The position numbers and the translations under genes were made by a program. The notes beneath the pieces were generated by a model that saw nothing but the letters and a program-made list of their open reading frames with translations, ran no database searches and was not told the DNA's origin. From Candidatus Lustribacter sp. (lineage in GTDB: Bacteria; Vulcanimicrobiota; Vulcanimicrobiia; Vulcanimicrobiales; Vulcanimicrobiaceae): 64,000 nucleotides of DNA. Positions within the stretch are counted from its first letter, which is position 1. Every line of letters begins with the position of its first letter. The stretch spans positions 4,512,001 to 4,576,000 of the forward strand of contig OZ255842.1 in assembly GCA_965277805.1 (NCBI GenBank). The letters run 5' to 3'. Shown here one piece after another: positions 38,401 to 47,841 of the stretch.

Positions 38401-40558
38401 GCTCGCCGCCGTTGCCGAGCGCGCCCTGCACGGTCACGGTGCCGCCGGCGATGCCGATTTGCAGCGCGCGCACGTCGAGCTGCGAGCCCTCGAGTGTGGC
38501 GGTGGCGGTGAGATCGCGCACCGGCACGCCGTACACCGCTGCATCGTGGAAGGTCAGGCCCGACGTCTGCACGGCCGAGGACGCGCCGTCGGAGAGCGCT
38601 TGCAGCGGTCCGTCGATCGTGCCGCGCGCATCGACGTTGCCGGTGAGCGGCCGCAACTGCGCAAACGAGCTGCGCACGTGGCCGTCAAAGCCGACGAGCC
38701 CGCCTGCATAGGCGGCATTGCCGTCGATCGTGCCCAGCGACGAGGTCACGTGCACGCCGCCGCGCTGGGTGCCGTCCGCCGCGGTGCCGAGGTCGGCGCT
38801 CGCGTTCGCGCTCAGCGTGCCGTAGTGCAGGCCGGCGAGCCGCACGTGGCCGCTCAGGCCGTCGAGCCGGCTGCCGTCCACCGAACCGACCACTTGCGCG
38901 TCGAGCGTGCCGGCGAGCGGCGGCAGCGCGCCGATGGGGATGCCGGGCAGCGTGTGCGCGGCGGCGGGCAGCAGCGAGAAATGGTGCGCATCGGCGATTG
39001 CGAGGACGCTGCCCTTCGTGCGGTCGAGCGCGACGCGTGCGTAGAGTGCCGCACCGTCGTTACGCTGGATCGAGAACGGGCCGATTACCCCGTCACCGTT
39101 GCCGTCGACGTCGAAGATCGCGTCGAGTTGCCCGTCAGGGCTCGTGCCGTAGACGATGCCGTCGGTCGCGAGTTTCGTGCCGCTGCCCGCCACGTGTGCG
39201 ACCGTGGTCAATCGCAGCCCGTGCATCAGCTGGCCGACATACGGCAGCTTATCGCCGTCGGCGTGCAGCGCGACGACGATGTTCGTTGCGACGTCCTTCG
39301 CGAGCACCACGGTGCCGTGCGCGTCGACGCTCACCGGCCCGTAGGTGAAGTGCGCGTCGAGCAGATCGAGGTCGCTGCCGTGAATCGAAAACGTGCCGCC
39401 GGCGTCGTCGGCCGGATAGCCGCGATACACGAGTTGCGGCGAGGCGAACGTGCCGGTGACCACCGGTGCGGCGAGCGGCCCTTGCGCGCGCAGCGCGAAC
39501 GAAAGATCGCCTGCGACGGGCTGACGCTGCGAAGGGGCAATCGCTTGCTGCAACTGCCCGAGCTGGCCGCGTCCGATGAGCGCGAAGTGCACGATCGGCG
39601 CGCTCAAGCCGTACACGCCGCCGGCCAGGTGCAGCGGCACGCCGGCCATCGTTGCATCGAGACCGTTTGTGGTGAGCCCGTTGTCGTAGGCGATCACCGT
39701 GCCGTGCGCGTCGCGCAGCGGTTTGATCACGCCCTCGAGGTAGATCTTGCCGTTGGTGAGATCGGCGCGCAGGGCGGTGTGCGTGTGCGTGGTGCCATCG
39801 GGATCGACGAAGGTGTAGATGCGGCCGTCGACGTTGCGCATGTCGCCGTCGACGACGTTCACCGCATGCGACGGCAGCGCAAAATCGAACAGCGGTCCGA
39901 CGGGCACGTCGGGCGCGGTCCAGCGCTGCGCCTCGTAGCCGCGATCCGCGTTGAACGTCGCCTTGCCCACGATCGGATGCAGCGTGCGGCCGTCGTCGAG
40001 ATCGAGCCGCACGTTATAGAAGGAGTGCGCGTGCGGCGCGAGCACCGCGTCGGCCGCCAGACCGACGATGCGCTGGCGCCGCTCCTGACCCGGCACCAGG
40101 AAGCGGTCGAGCAAGACGACCGAGCCGTCGCGCACGCGGATGCGCAGATCGATCGGCGACGTGTCGGGCTTCGATGAGACGCCGCTCTTCGGCAGCGCGA
40201 CGTTGTAGGTGCCGTCGGCGTGATGGATCAGCGTGAGGGTGGGACGCTGGACGTCGAGGGCGTCGATCCCGAACCGGCGGCGCTGGCTGCCCGGCAGCAA
40301 GTACCGGATCGAGTAGCGCACGTCGATCTGCCGGGAGCTGAAGACGGGTTCCCCGGCCCGGTTGGTCACGTTGGTGTCCTGCGCGGTCGCAGCGTTGAGC
40401 CCGACCTGCAGGTTCCCGAACTGCACGTTGTAGCCCGCGCCCGCGGCCACGGCACGGATGATCGCGGCGGCGAGCGCGTTATGGAAGCCGATCGCCGCGC
40501 CCGCGAGGACCAGCAGCACGCATAGCGTGGCCCCCGCAATCACGACTCGTCGACGCAT
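35477..40558 (-). CDS. tamB: Translocation and assembly module TamB
   Basis: N-terminal TM anchor; ~1690 aa of repetitive beta-rich sequence; DUF490-like C-terminus (TGPATNLNLDLASSPSYDKEQILGLL). Confidence 0.85.
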   Translation of the reverse strand: MRRRVVIAGATLCVLLVLAGAAIGFHNALAAAIIRAVAAGAGYNVQFGNLQVGLNAATAQDTNVTNRAGEPVFSSRQIDVRYSIRYLLPGSQRRRFGIDALDVQRPTLTLIHHADGTYNVALPKSGVSSKPDTSPIDLRIRVRDGSVVLLDRFLVPGQERRQRIVGLAADAVLAPHAHSFYNVRLDLDDGRTLHPIVGKATFNADRGYEAQRWTAPDVPVGPLFDFALPSHAVNVVDGDMRNVDGRIYTFVDPDGTTHTHTALRADLTNGKIYLEGVIKPLRDAHGTVIAYDNGLTTNGLDATMAGVPLHLAGGVYGLSAPIVHFALIGRGQLGQLQQAIAPSQRQPVAGDLSFALRAQGPLAAPVVTGTFASPQLVYRGYPADDAGGTFSIHGSDLDLLDAHFTYGPVSVDAHGTVVLAKDVATNIVVALHADGDKLPYVGQLMHGLRLTTVAHVAGSGTKLATDGIVYGTSPDGQLDAIFDVDGNGDGVIGPFSIQRNDGAALYARVALDRTKGSVLAIADAHHFSLLPAAAHTLPGIPIGALPPLAGTLDAQVVGSVDGSRLDGLSGHVRLAGLHYGTLSANASADLGTAADGTQRGGVHVTSSLGTIDGNAAYAGGLVGFDGHVRSSFAQLRPLTGNVDARGTIDGPLQALSDGASSAVQTSGLTFHDAAVYGVPVRDLTATATLEGSQLDVRALQIGIAGGTVTVQGALGNGGELRATTSALDLRTLAGSRVPLSGGTLRANARVSGTLDAPSANVAVLVDRAGWHGIDLSANAFAHYERGTLHVNDATALALDSYATASGDVSGLTGSAPPELDVAANLHGAQIAPIAKALKLPLRYPEGEIDAALHATGPANAPQLAGTVSVPQGSLNGLNFNHAGATIAGGPGGISARNGSVTVGTTAIAFSGDVAPGTQRIAVRAPRVDLADFDDYFDAADTLGGKGHVVADAALSHTGMNASGDVRIDDARYHRFNVGTVTANWNTRGRTVHGTGNVQTDHGTIALTTDVTFPAADPLRDVQHRTTIAATGTLADLDLAQWLPTAGITQPILGMANGTLHVTGTPAAPAFDATAAVNNALVRGYPLSTLTLAANGDAHTAHVSALRLAGPGLTADASGTFGYGPSDPVAIALHAQSDDVGVLAKSLGAKLDVSGAVNATVNVSGSRSTPHLASTIDATNVRNGKYTVPKMHAQLAADPQTLQLQAFEADLVRGRLLATATLPIALTPTPGLRTAPLTASLRAEDIDLVQFAPLLPDSAKVGGTIDGQIAASGTQDNPAITGTMTLAGGSYSSNLLRSALTNGRARLTLARTQAQLTDVHADIGGGTIDGAANATFGSLRDLQRTLAYNAQFTAKNAVLNIANLFRGTVDGALTADKPQNSIPTLSGNIAFSKTRLPLAALIPKAPTNGETRVPPTVAFNLTVQAGNDVRVTGPGVDIGARGAVTVSGNLAHPELSGRMTSTDGTLSFYRTFVLHQATVTFEPSNGLVPNVDATATTTISDPSTSILLTVTGPATNLNLDLASSPSYDKEQILGLLVNAQAFGAVPGVETASGGGGIDAGGIAGGFLSQEFTQNLLQPVGAGIGQALGFEDLALGYDFGTGLSAGARKQLSKNLYASFNQTFGGDERQAIALNYSLPHNGAVALTFYNAGNETPSILTTQQLFTPATPTNFTLQALEPPPGTSGVVLTYQRKFR

Positions 40559-40617
40559 CAAGACTCTTGTGCCCACGAAAGGGGGAAACGTCTCGTCCAA
40601 AGCGCATTCGGCCAGTC

Positions 40618-41904
40618 TTGACCAGTACTGTTTCGGGCGCCGGGATCGCGGTCGCGCCCATCGACTTCACCGATCGCACGCTCCCCAACGGTCTCCGCGT
40701 TCTGCTGGTTGAGGATCATCGGGTCCCGTCGGTCGCCATCAATGTCGGTTATCGCGTCGGCGGCAAGGACGACCCGCCGGGCCGCTCCGGTTTCGCGCAT
40801 CTGTTTGAACATTTGATGTTCAAGGGCACGAAGAACACGCGCCCCGAGACGATCGATCGCCTCACCGAAGACATCGGCGGTCTCAACAACGCGTTCACGG
40901 CGGAAGACATCACGAACTACTACGAGGTCGTGCCGTCGAACTATCTCGAGACGCTGCTGTGGGCCGAAGGCGATCGGCTCGGTTCGCTGGCCGTTACGGA
41001 AGAGCACTTTCACACCGAACGCGACGTGGTGATCGGGGAATACGACCAGCGCATTCTGGCCGAGCCCTACGGTATGCTCGACGAGCTGGTCAATCGCGAA
41101 GCGTTTGCCGAGCACCCCTACCGGCGCGGCGTAATCGGCGATCCCGAGAACTTACGCGCCGCCACGCTCGATGACGTGGTCGCGTTTCATCGTACGTTCT
41201 ACCGGCCCGACAACGCGGTGCTGGTGGTCGTCGGCGACTTCGATCCGGTGCAGGCGAATGCGTGGATCGACAAATATTTCGGCCGCGTGCCGAAGCCCGA
41301 CGCGCCGATTCCGCGCGTGACGGCCGTCGAACCGCCGCAGACGGCGGAGCGGACGTTCACCTATCGTGCCGCCAACGTGCCGCTGCCGGCGATCGAATAC
41401 GCGTATCACATTCCGGCCTGGCGGCATCCCGATGCGCCCGCGCTCGACATCGTGGAAACGCTGCTCGGCATGGGCAAGAGCTCGCGTCTCTACCAGTCGC
41501 TCGTGTACCGCCAGCGCGTCGCCACCGCCGCGCACGCCAGTGCCGATCTGCGCGAGCAGCCGGGACTGTTTTCGTTCCGCGCGATCGCAAGCACGGGCAC
41601 GGCAATCGAACGCGTGCGCGAAGCGCTCGATGCGGAAATCGCGCTTTTGCGCGACGAACAGCCCTCTGCCGGCGAGATGGAGCGCGTGCGAACGCAGATC
41701 GCAAGCTCGTTCGTGCGCAGCCGTCAGACGTACAACAACATCGCGATCGCGCTCGTACGCAGTGCGGTCGAGCGCGACGATCCGGGCGCGCTCAACAGCG
41801 ACCTCGACCGCTACCGCGCTGTGACCGCCGCCGACGTGCAGCGCGTCGCGCGTCAATATCTGACCCGCGAGAACCGCACTACGATCGAATACTTGCCCCT
41901 GTGA
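40618..41904 (+). CDS. M16 (pitrilysin family) zinc peptidase, catalytic subunit
   Basis: SGFAHLFEHLMFKG (HxxEH), NAFT and FYRPDNA.LVVVGDFD motifs. Start uncertain. Confidence 0.93.
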   Translation: MTSTVSGAGIAVAPIDFTDRTLPNGLRVLLVEDHRVPSVAINVGYRVGGKDDPPGRSGFAHLFEHLMFKGTKNTRPETIDRLTEDIGGLNNAFTAEDITNYYEVVPSNYLETLLWAEGDRLGSLAVTEEHFHTERDVVIGEYDQRILAEPYGMLDELVNREAFAEHPYRRGVIGDPENLRAATLDDVVAFHRTFYRPDNAVLVVVGDFDPVQANAWIDKYFGRVPKPDAPIPRVTAVEPPQTAERTFTYRAANVPLPAIEYAYHIPAWRHPDAPALDIVETLLGMGKSSRLYQSLVYRQRVATAAHASADLREQPGLFSFRAIASTGTAIERVREALDAEIALLRDEQPSAGEMERVRTQIASSFVRSRQTYNNIAIALVRSAVERDDPGALNSDLDRYRAVTAADVQRVARQYLTRENRTTIEYLPL

Positions 41905-43316
41905 CGCAACCCATCACCACCCTCGAAAAGCCGCCCTCACCCGGCGCACCGCATCGCGCGGAGCTGCCGCTGCCGGTCGAACGCACGCTCGCCAACGGCT
42001 TACGCGTGATCGCGTTCCCGCAGCGCAGCGCGCCGAAGGCCTACGCCGTTCCGATCATCGCAGCGCAACTGATCGTCCGCGGCGGCGCGTCGGCCGAGAG
42101 CGAAGCCGAAGCCGGCCTGGCCACGCTGACCGCCTCGCTGATCACGCAGGGCACGGCCACGCGGTCGGCCGTCGAGATCGCGCAAGCCGTCGACGGTTTG
42201 GGCGCGCGCCTCGATGCGGGCTCGGGCTACGATGCCTCAACCGTTTCCATCACCGCGCTCACGCACGTGTTTTCCGACGCCTTCGCATTGTTCGATGAGG
42301 TCGTGCGGCAGCCGTCGTTCCCGCAATCCGAAGTCGAGCGCGTGCGCGCGAAGGCGATCGGCGATCTGGCGCTCAGCTACAGCAGTCCGAGTGCATTGGC
42401 GCGCTTCGTTGCCCAGCGCGTCGCGTTCGGCTCGGCGCCGTACGGTCACCCGGTTGCCGGCACCGCGGAAACGCTCGCCGCGCTCGACCGCGACCGCATC
42501 GTCGCGTTCCACGCGCGTTTCTTCCGGCCCGACAACGCCACGCTGATCATCGGCGGCGATCTGGCTCCGGACGATGCGTTTGCGCTGGCCGAAAAGCAGT
42601 TCGGCAGTTGGCGCGCGCCGGCCGAATCCGTGCCGGAGCCGGCGACGGTGACCGCGCCGCCGCCGCGTTCGCGCGTCGTGATCGTCGACAAACCCGATGC
42701 CGGCCGTACGGCGATTCTCGTGGGCCGGGTGGGCATCTCGCGGCGCGCGAAAACGTATGCGGCCGGCGTCGTCGCGACCGCCGTGCTTTCGGGCTACAGC
42801 GGCCGGCTCAATCAGGAAGTGCGCGTGAAGCGCGGGCTCTCGTACGGCGCCGGCGCGCAATTGATCGCGCGCCGCGAACCGGGGCTGTTTCTCGCCTCGA
42901 CGCTGGTCGACCACACGAAGGTTGAAGAAGCGGTGACCGTGGTGCTCGATACGCTGCGCGGTCTTGCGACGACGGTGCCTGAGGCGCAAGAACTCGTGAC
43001 GCGCAAGGCGACGATCAGCGGCGGCTTCTCGCGTTCGATCGAAACCATCGACGGCGTCGCCGGCGTGCTCGGCGAACTCGCGCTCTACGGAATGCCGCTC
43101 ACTGATCTCGGCGAGTACTTGCCGGAGATCGAAGCGGTCGATCCCGCGATGGTGCAGCAATTCGCCGCCGCGACGTTCGATGAGCTGTTCATCGTGCTGG
43201 TGGGCGATGCGCAAGTTTTCGGTGCGGCGATTGCCGCTGCGCATCCGAACACGTCGGTGATTCCGTTGGCCCAGCTCGATCTCGGCCAACCCACGGCCGT
43301 AAAGGCGCCTGAGTAG
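41901..43316 (+). CDS. M16 peptidase, non-catalytic subunit
   Basis: GTG 41901 overlaps the upstream stop; lacks HxxEH; has the VRVKRGLSYG R/Y pair and FFRPDNA. Confidence 0.9.
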   Translation: MTQPITTLEKPPSPGAPHRAELPLPVERTLANGLRVIAFPQRSAPKAYAVPIIAAQLIVRGGASAESEAEAGLATLTASLITQGTATRSAVEIAQAVDGLGARLDAGSGYDASTVSITALTHVFSDAFALFDEVVRQPSFPQSEVERVRAKAIGDLALSYSSPSALARFVAQRVAFGSAPYGHPVAGTAETLAALDRDRIVAFHARFFRPDNATLIIGGDLAPDDAFALAEKQFGSWRAPAESVPEPATVTAPPPRSRVVIVDKPDAGRTAILVGRVGISRRAKTYAAGVVATAVLSGYSGRLNQEVRVKRGLSYGAGAQLIARREPGLFLASTLVDHTKVEEAVTVVLDTLRGLATTVPEAQELVTRKATISGGFSRSIETIDGVAGVLGELALYGMPLTDLGEYLPEIEAVDPAMVQQFAAATFDELFIVLVGDAQVFGAAIAAAHPNTSVIPLAQLDLGQPTAVKAPE

Positions 43317-43359
43317 CGGCCCCTCGACGACGCGCCTTACGGCGCTTTGCTCGGGGTGA

Positions 43360-44334
43360 CTAGGGCAGGAGGATGGCTTTGCCGCTGGTTTTGCGGGCTT
43401 CGAGGTCGCGGTGGGCTTGGGCGGCTTCGGTGAGGTTGTAGCGGTTGGAGACGCGGATTTCGAGATCGCCGTCGAGGATCGCTTCGAAGATCTCGGTTGC
43501 GCGCGGGGCGAGTTCGGCGTGCGTGCGCGCGAAATGGCCGAACGTCGGGCGGCTGAAGAATACCGAACCGGCGGCGGAGAGCGTTTGCGGATCGATCGGC
43601 GGCACCTTGCCGCTCGACGCGCCGTAGAGCACGAACGAACCGCGCACGCGCAGCGATCGTAAGCTGCGCTCCCACGTATCTTTGCCGACGGAATCGTACA
43701 CTGCATCGACGCCCGTGCCGCCGGTGATCTCTTTGACCACCGGCTCGAAGTCGACGGCGCTGTAGTCGATCGCGTGATCGGCGCCGGCGCTCTTCGCGAG
43801 CGCGACTTTCTCCGGGCCGCCGGCGGTGGCGATCACGGTCGCGCCGCGGCGTTTGGCGAGCTGCACGAGGATGCGACCGACGCCGCCGGCGGCGGCATGG
43901 ATCAGCACGCAATCGCCCTTGCGAATGTCGTGCGAATCGGCCGCCAGATATTGTGCGGTCATCGCTTGCAGCATCGCGGCGCACGCGACGTCGTCGGCGA
44001 TTCCGGGCGGGACCTCGACGCACAATCGGGCCGGCACGGTGACGTGCTCGGCATAGCTGCCGAGGTTCGGGCTGTCGGGATAACCGACGCGCATTCCGGC
44101 GGTGAACTCCGCGACGCCCTCGCCCACCGCTTCGACGATGCCGACGCCTTCGCGGCCCGGGACGAACGGCAACGCGTGCGCGTAGGTGCCGGTGCGCAAG
44201 TACACGTCGATGTAGTTGACGCCGATCGCGGTGTGGCGGATGAGCAGTTCGCCCGCGGCCGCCCTGGGCACGTCGCTCGCTGCGAGCTGGAGCACTTCGG
44301 GACCGCCGGTGCGGTCGACGCGTATGACCTTCAC
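43360..44334 (-). CDS. qor: NADPH:quinone oxidoreductase
   Basis: GVNYIDVY.RTG.Y, HAAAGGVG, VYDSVGK and AQAHRDLEARKTSGK motifs. Confidence 0.92.
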   Translation of the reverse strand: MKVIRVDRTGGPEVLQLAASDVPRAAAGELLIRHTAIGVNYIDVYLRTGTYAHALPFVPGREGVGIVEAVGEGVAEFTAGMRVGYPDSPNLGSYAEHVTVPARLCVEVPPGIADDVACAAMLQAMTAQYLAADSHDIRKGDCVLIHAAAGGVGRILVQLAKRRGATVIATAGGPEKVALAKSAGADHAIDYSAVDFEPVVKEITGGTGVDAVYDSVGKDTWERSLRSLRVRGSFVLYGASSGKVPPIDPQTLSAAGSVFFSRPTFGHFARTHAELAPRATEIFEAILDGDLEIRVSNRYNLTEAAQAHRDLEARKTSGKAILLP

Positions 44335-44364
44335 GCGACTGCCAACCCGTCCGCAAACAAGCGG

Positions 44365-44389
44365 GTTTCCCGCTGCCGCGGGTGGGTAC
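44365..44389 (+). promoter_or_regulatory. Putative SigB/SigF-type promoter GTTT-N15-GGGTAC
   Basis: GTTT 44365-44368 and GGGTAC 44384-44389, upstream of the small acidic ORF. Confidence 0.45.
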
Positions 44390-44425
44390 GTTCTGCGCTA
44401 CCCGATCGCCGAGGAGTCACAACCC

Positions 44426-44590
44426 ATGGAACGCCGCGACCTCTACCAAGACGACCTGACGGACGAACGTCAGCCCACGCCCGCGCAGCGCGATGACGTC
44501 GCGCGCACGGAAGTCCTCGACCCCGATCAGCCCGTTGCCGTCGACGACGTCGATGACGAAGACGAGCTCGAAGACGAATTGGACGACTAA
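44426..44590 (+). CDS. Small highly acidic protein (54 aa)
   Basis: GAGGAG RBS at 44411-44416; MERRDLYQDD...DDVDDEDELEDELDD; fills the gap between qor and the SBP gene. Confidence 0.65.
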   Translation: MERRDLYQDDLTDERQPTPAQRDDVARTEVLDPDQPVAVDDVDDEDELEDELDD

Positions 44591-45736
44591 CTATTTGAGC
44601 ATGAACGTCGAGGGGTGCGCCTGCTTGAGGTAGGTGAACTTTCCGTCTTTGAGCGTGTAGTAGTAGATCTGCGGCTGCAGCGGATCGCCGAATGCGGTGA
44701 ATGAGTACGTGCCGGTCATCGTGTCGATCGGCGTGCCCTGCGCGATCTGCCGTACGAGCACGGCGCGGTTGGTACTGCCGGTCGCCGTCACGGCATTGAT
44801 GATGATCTGCGTCGCGGCGTAACCGAACGCTGCGAACGCGTCCATCTGGCCCCAGTGCTGCTGGAAATCCTGAACCCAGCGCACCGTCGCCGGTGCGAAC
44901 GGAAGATACGGCATCGACGTCGAGACCATCATGCCGTCGGAGGCGGGGCCGAGCTTCAGCGCACCACCGTCGAAGAATCCTTGCGAGGCGCCGATCGGTC
45001 CGGTATAGCCCTTTGTGCGCAGCATGCCCACGATCGGCCCCATGTCGCCGACGATGCCCGCCAGGAACACGTAATCCGGTCCCGCGACGAGCGCCTTGTC
45101 GACGACGGCCGCAAAGTCGGGATGATCGTAGGCAAACTGCTGGTACTGGGCTTGGGTGTTTTGGGCTTTCATCGCCGCGAGAAAACCGTTGGCCACGTCG
45201 GCGCCGTAGTCGGCGTCCTGCACGAAGACGTACGCGAGTTTCGGTTTGTACTGCGCGATCACGGTGCGCGCGAAGAGCTGTCCCTCGAACGAATCCTTGG
45301 TCGGTAAACGAAACACGTTGCGGTACTGCGTCGCGGTGATGCGATCGTCGGTGCTCAACGGCACGATCAGCGGAACCTGCGCCGGCCCGTAGTTCTGAAT
45401 CCCTTGCAGCGTCGCATCCGAACTCAAATGGCCGATCGCTGCGACGACGGAACTGTCGCCGGTCGCGAAGCTGGATTGGATCAGCGCGTTGGCAGCGGTG
45501 TTCTGATCGTCGAACGGGCGCATCGCGTACGTGCGCTGCAGCGAGCCGGCCAATTCGTTGTTGTACTGAATGCACGCTTGCACGCCCGCGCTCAGCCGCA
45601 TGCCGATCGGTTTTGCCGAGCCGCTGAGCGGCGCGACCAGCGCGATCGACACCGAGGGCACGATGTTCGGGAAGACCGGCGTGGTGGCGGCGACCGTCGT
45701 CGCGCCGGCGCCGGCGAGGAAATCCGAGCGGAGCAT
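44591..45736 (-). CDS. Branched-chain amino acid-type ABC transporter substrate-binding protein
   Basis: IALVAPLSG, DDQN, AAIGHLSS, FRLPTKDSFEG and DYG motifs; Tat-like leader; ATG overlaps the upstream TAA. Confidence 0.88.
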   Translation of the reverse strand: MLRSDFLAGAGATTVAATTPVFPNIVPSVSIALVAPLSGSAKPIGMRLSAGVQACIQYNNELAGSLQRTYAMRPFDDQNTAANALIQSSFATGDSSVVAAIGHLSSDATLQGIQNYGPAQVPLIVPLSTDDRITATQYRNVFRLPTKDSFEGQLFARTVIAQYKPKLAYVFVQDADYGADVANGFLAAMKAQNTQAQYQQFAYDHPDFAAVVDKALVAGPDYVFLAGIVGDMGPIVGMLRTKGYTGPIGASQGFFDGGALKLGPASDGMMVSTSMPYLPFAPATVRWVQDFQQHWGQMDAFAAFGYAATQIIINAVTATGSTNRAVLVRQIAQGTPIDTMTGTYSFTAFGDPLQPQIYYYTLKDGKFTYLKQAHPSTFMLK

Positions 45737-46173
45737 TATGCGACAGGCTTCGCCGCCGCCTCCGAGCCGTCCAAGCGGGCGCGCAACTCGGGCGGAATCG
45801 GCGCTTTGGCCGGCCGTCCTGCGGCGAGCGTTACGTAGACGCGCTGCTCGAAGCCGCGCGCGCACGTTTTCCCAGAAAGCGTTCGCACCTCGTGCTCGAC
45901 GCGCAGCGACGACTCGCCGATTGATGCCACCGTCGAGACGATCTCGATCTCTTCATCGAATTGCAACGGCGCGAGAAACGTCGCCCCGCACTCGACGAGC
46001 GGCAGCGGAAACTTCGGCTTGCCGTGCGCGTCGCGCGCGTAGGCGTCGTCGCCGCGGAGCAAGCCGTGCGTGCCCGAGTCGAACCACGCAAAATAGGTCG
46101 GGTAGAACACGATGCCCGCGGCGTCGGTCTCGCCGAAGCGGACGCGCGTGCGAATGACCGATTGCGCGCCCAC
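45736..46173 (-). CDS. Acyl-CoA thioesterase (4-hydroxybenzoyl-CoA thioesterase/hotdog family)
   Basis: VRFGETDAAGIVFYPTYFAWFD motif. Confidence 0.92.
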   Translation of the reverse strand: MGAQSVIRTRVRFGETDAAGIVFYPTYFAWFDSGTHGLLRGDDAYARDAHGKPKFPLPLVECGATFLAPLQFDEEIEIVSTVASIGESSLRVEHEVRTLSGKTCARGFEQRVYVTLAAGRPAKAPIPPELRARLDGSEAAAKPVA

Positions 46174-46890
46174 CTAAGCGGCCGGCAGATCCGGCAGCTT
46201 CAAATCGAGCTTCTCGACCAGCACGCGGGCGCGGCCCATATAGTCGGCGCGCATCGCTTCGTTCGTGCGCTCCTTGATGCCCCACTTGCGATAGAGCTTG
46301 TTGTTCTCGGATTCGGCGCGGCCGAAGAACGCCGGCAGCGTGGGATAGAGTTTGTCGATCCCGGCCTGCACGCCGGCGCGTCCCTCTTTCGTCTTGACGA
46401 GATCCGTGCACGCGCGCTCGCCGAAGGTGGCGTGAAATTTCTCTTCCGGCATCGTGATCTTGGCGGCTTTGCGCAGCGGCACGTAGCTGCAGTTGAGCAA
46501 ATCTTCGACTTGCAGAATCTCGGCCAGATCGCCGATCATCTTCAGCACGCAGAACTCGGCCCAGCCGCTCAGCGTCGTATCGAAGATGTTGAGCGAGCGT
46601 TTCTCGGTGCGGCCGGGAATCATCGCGTCTTCCGGTACGCCGAGCGCGGCGCCCATTTTTGCGAAGCGCACGTGGTGGCCGTACTCTTCCATCGCGATCC
46701 GGCACGCATGCCACTTCCAGTACGGCGTCGGCGCGAAGGCGATCGCCGGTTCGTCGTACACCGTCGCGCCCGCGAGCTCGTTGATCGCATGGCTGACGAT
46801 GATCTTCTTGACGAGGTCGCCGTACTCAGCCGGTTGCGCGGCTAATTCGGCAGGCGTATTGACGACGAACGGTTCGGCTTGCGTAGACAC
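46174..46890 (-). CDS. PaaA/BoxB-like ferritin-fold di-iron (aryl-CoA epoxidase-like) protein
   Basis: NE, EEYGH, GD, SYVPL and EEKFH carboxylate/His ligand pattern; FG...KWGIKERTNE.MR C-terminus; GGAG RBS. Confidence 0.8.
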   Translation of the reverse strand: MSTQAEPFVVNTPAELAAQPAEYGDLVKKIIVSHAINELAGATVYDEPAIAFAPTPYWKWHACRIAMEEYGHHVRFAKMGAALGVPEDAMIPGRTEKRSLNIFDTTLSGWAEFCVLKMIGDLAEILQVEDLLNCSYVPLRKAAKITMPEEKFHATFGERACTDLVKTKEGRAGVQAGIDKLYPTLPAFFGRAESENNKLYRKWGIKERTNEAMRADYMGRARVLVEKLDLKLPDLPAA

Positions 46891-46899
46891 GGTGTGCTC

Positions 46900-47829
46900 C
46901 TAGAGAACGGGGGTCGTGGAAAACGCGTCGAGATCGGTTTCGAGCGCGGTGAAGTGCGGGGCGAACTCGGCGTCGACGAGCGCCGCTAGATCGTCCAGCG
47001 ACGGGCCGGCAGTGGTGGTGGCCCGCGCCAGCGGGCGCGGTTGCGAGAACACGAACGTTTCACGCCCGCGTACGCCGAACACCTGTCCCGTGATGTGCTG
47101 GGCGCGCGTCGAGCACAGAAACGAGGCGAAGCGGCCGATCGGCGCCGGCGGAATCGAGAGCGCGTCGGCTTTATAGACGGCCTGAGCGGGCGTGGCCGGC
47201 ACGATCGTCTCGGTGACGCGCGAGGCCGCGAACGGCGCGATCATGTTCGAGGTGACCCCGCTGCGCGCCATGTCGAGTGCCGCGATGCGCATCAAGCCGA
47301 ACAGGCCCGCCTTGGCGCTGGCGTACGCGCTCTGACCGTAGTTGCCGTAGAGCGCGGCGGTCGAGCCGATCGTGATGATCCGGCCCCAACCCGCGCGCGA
47401 GCTCTTCGCGTTCTCGCGCAAAACGGGCGTCGCCGCGCGCAACAGGTCGTAGGCGGCGGTGAGGTCGGTCGCGACGACGGCTTCGAAGTCGGCGCGATTG
47501 CCCTTGAATAAAAATGCATCGCGCAGAATCGCGGCGTTGTTCACGATGATGTCGAGGCCGCCGAAGTGCTCTTGCGCGAGCTCGACCGCCGCATCCGCAA
47601 ATCCCGGAGCGGTGATGCTGAGCGACATCGGCACGACCGCGTCGCCGCACTCTTGCGCGAACGCCGCGATCAGCGCGGGATCTTCCGTCCGGCCGTCGAT
47701 CGATGACCCGTTATCGGCGGCGACCACGTGCGCGCCGTGCGCGATCAGGTCGCGCACGATCGCCGCCCCGACGCCGCGTGCGGCGCCGGTAACGATCGCG
47801 ACGCGTCCGGCTAATGCTCCGTCGTTCAT
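46900..47829 (-). CDS. SDR oxidoreductase (3-hydroxyacyl-CoA dehydrogenase-like)
   Basis: TGAARGVG, VNNAAILRD, GNYGQSAYASAK and VFGVRG.E.FVFSQPRP motifs. Confidence 0.9.
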   Translation of the reverse strand: MNDGALAGRVAIVTGAARGVGAAIVRDLIAHGAHVVAADNGSSIDGRTEDPALIAAFAQECGDAVVPMSLSITAPGFADAAVELAQEHFGGLDIIVNNAAILRDAFLFKGNRADFEAVVATDLTAAYDLLRAATPVLRENAKSSRAGWGRIITIGSTAALYGNYGQSAYASAKAGLFGLMRIAALDMARSGVTSNMIAPFAASRVTETIVPATPAQAVYKADALSIPPAPIGRFASFLCSTRAQHITGQVFGVRGRETFVFSQPRPLARATTTAGPSLDDLAALVDAEFAPHFTALETDLDAFSTTPVL

Positions 47830-47841
47830 TCCACCGACGAT

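Noticed and set aside
37256-40177. 973-aa plus-strand ORF
   Set aside because: Antisense shadow of tamB; Arg/Val-rich non-protein-like composition.
41262-41900. N-terminal 213 aa of the 684-aa ORF
   Set aside because: Overlaps the first M16 gene in another frame; the real start is GTG 41901.
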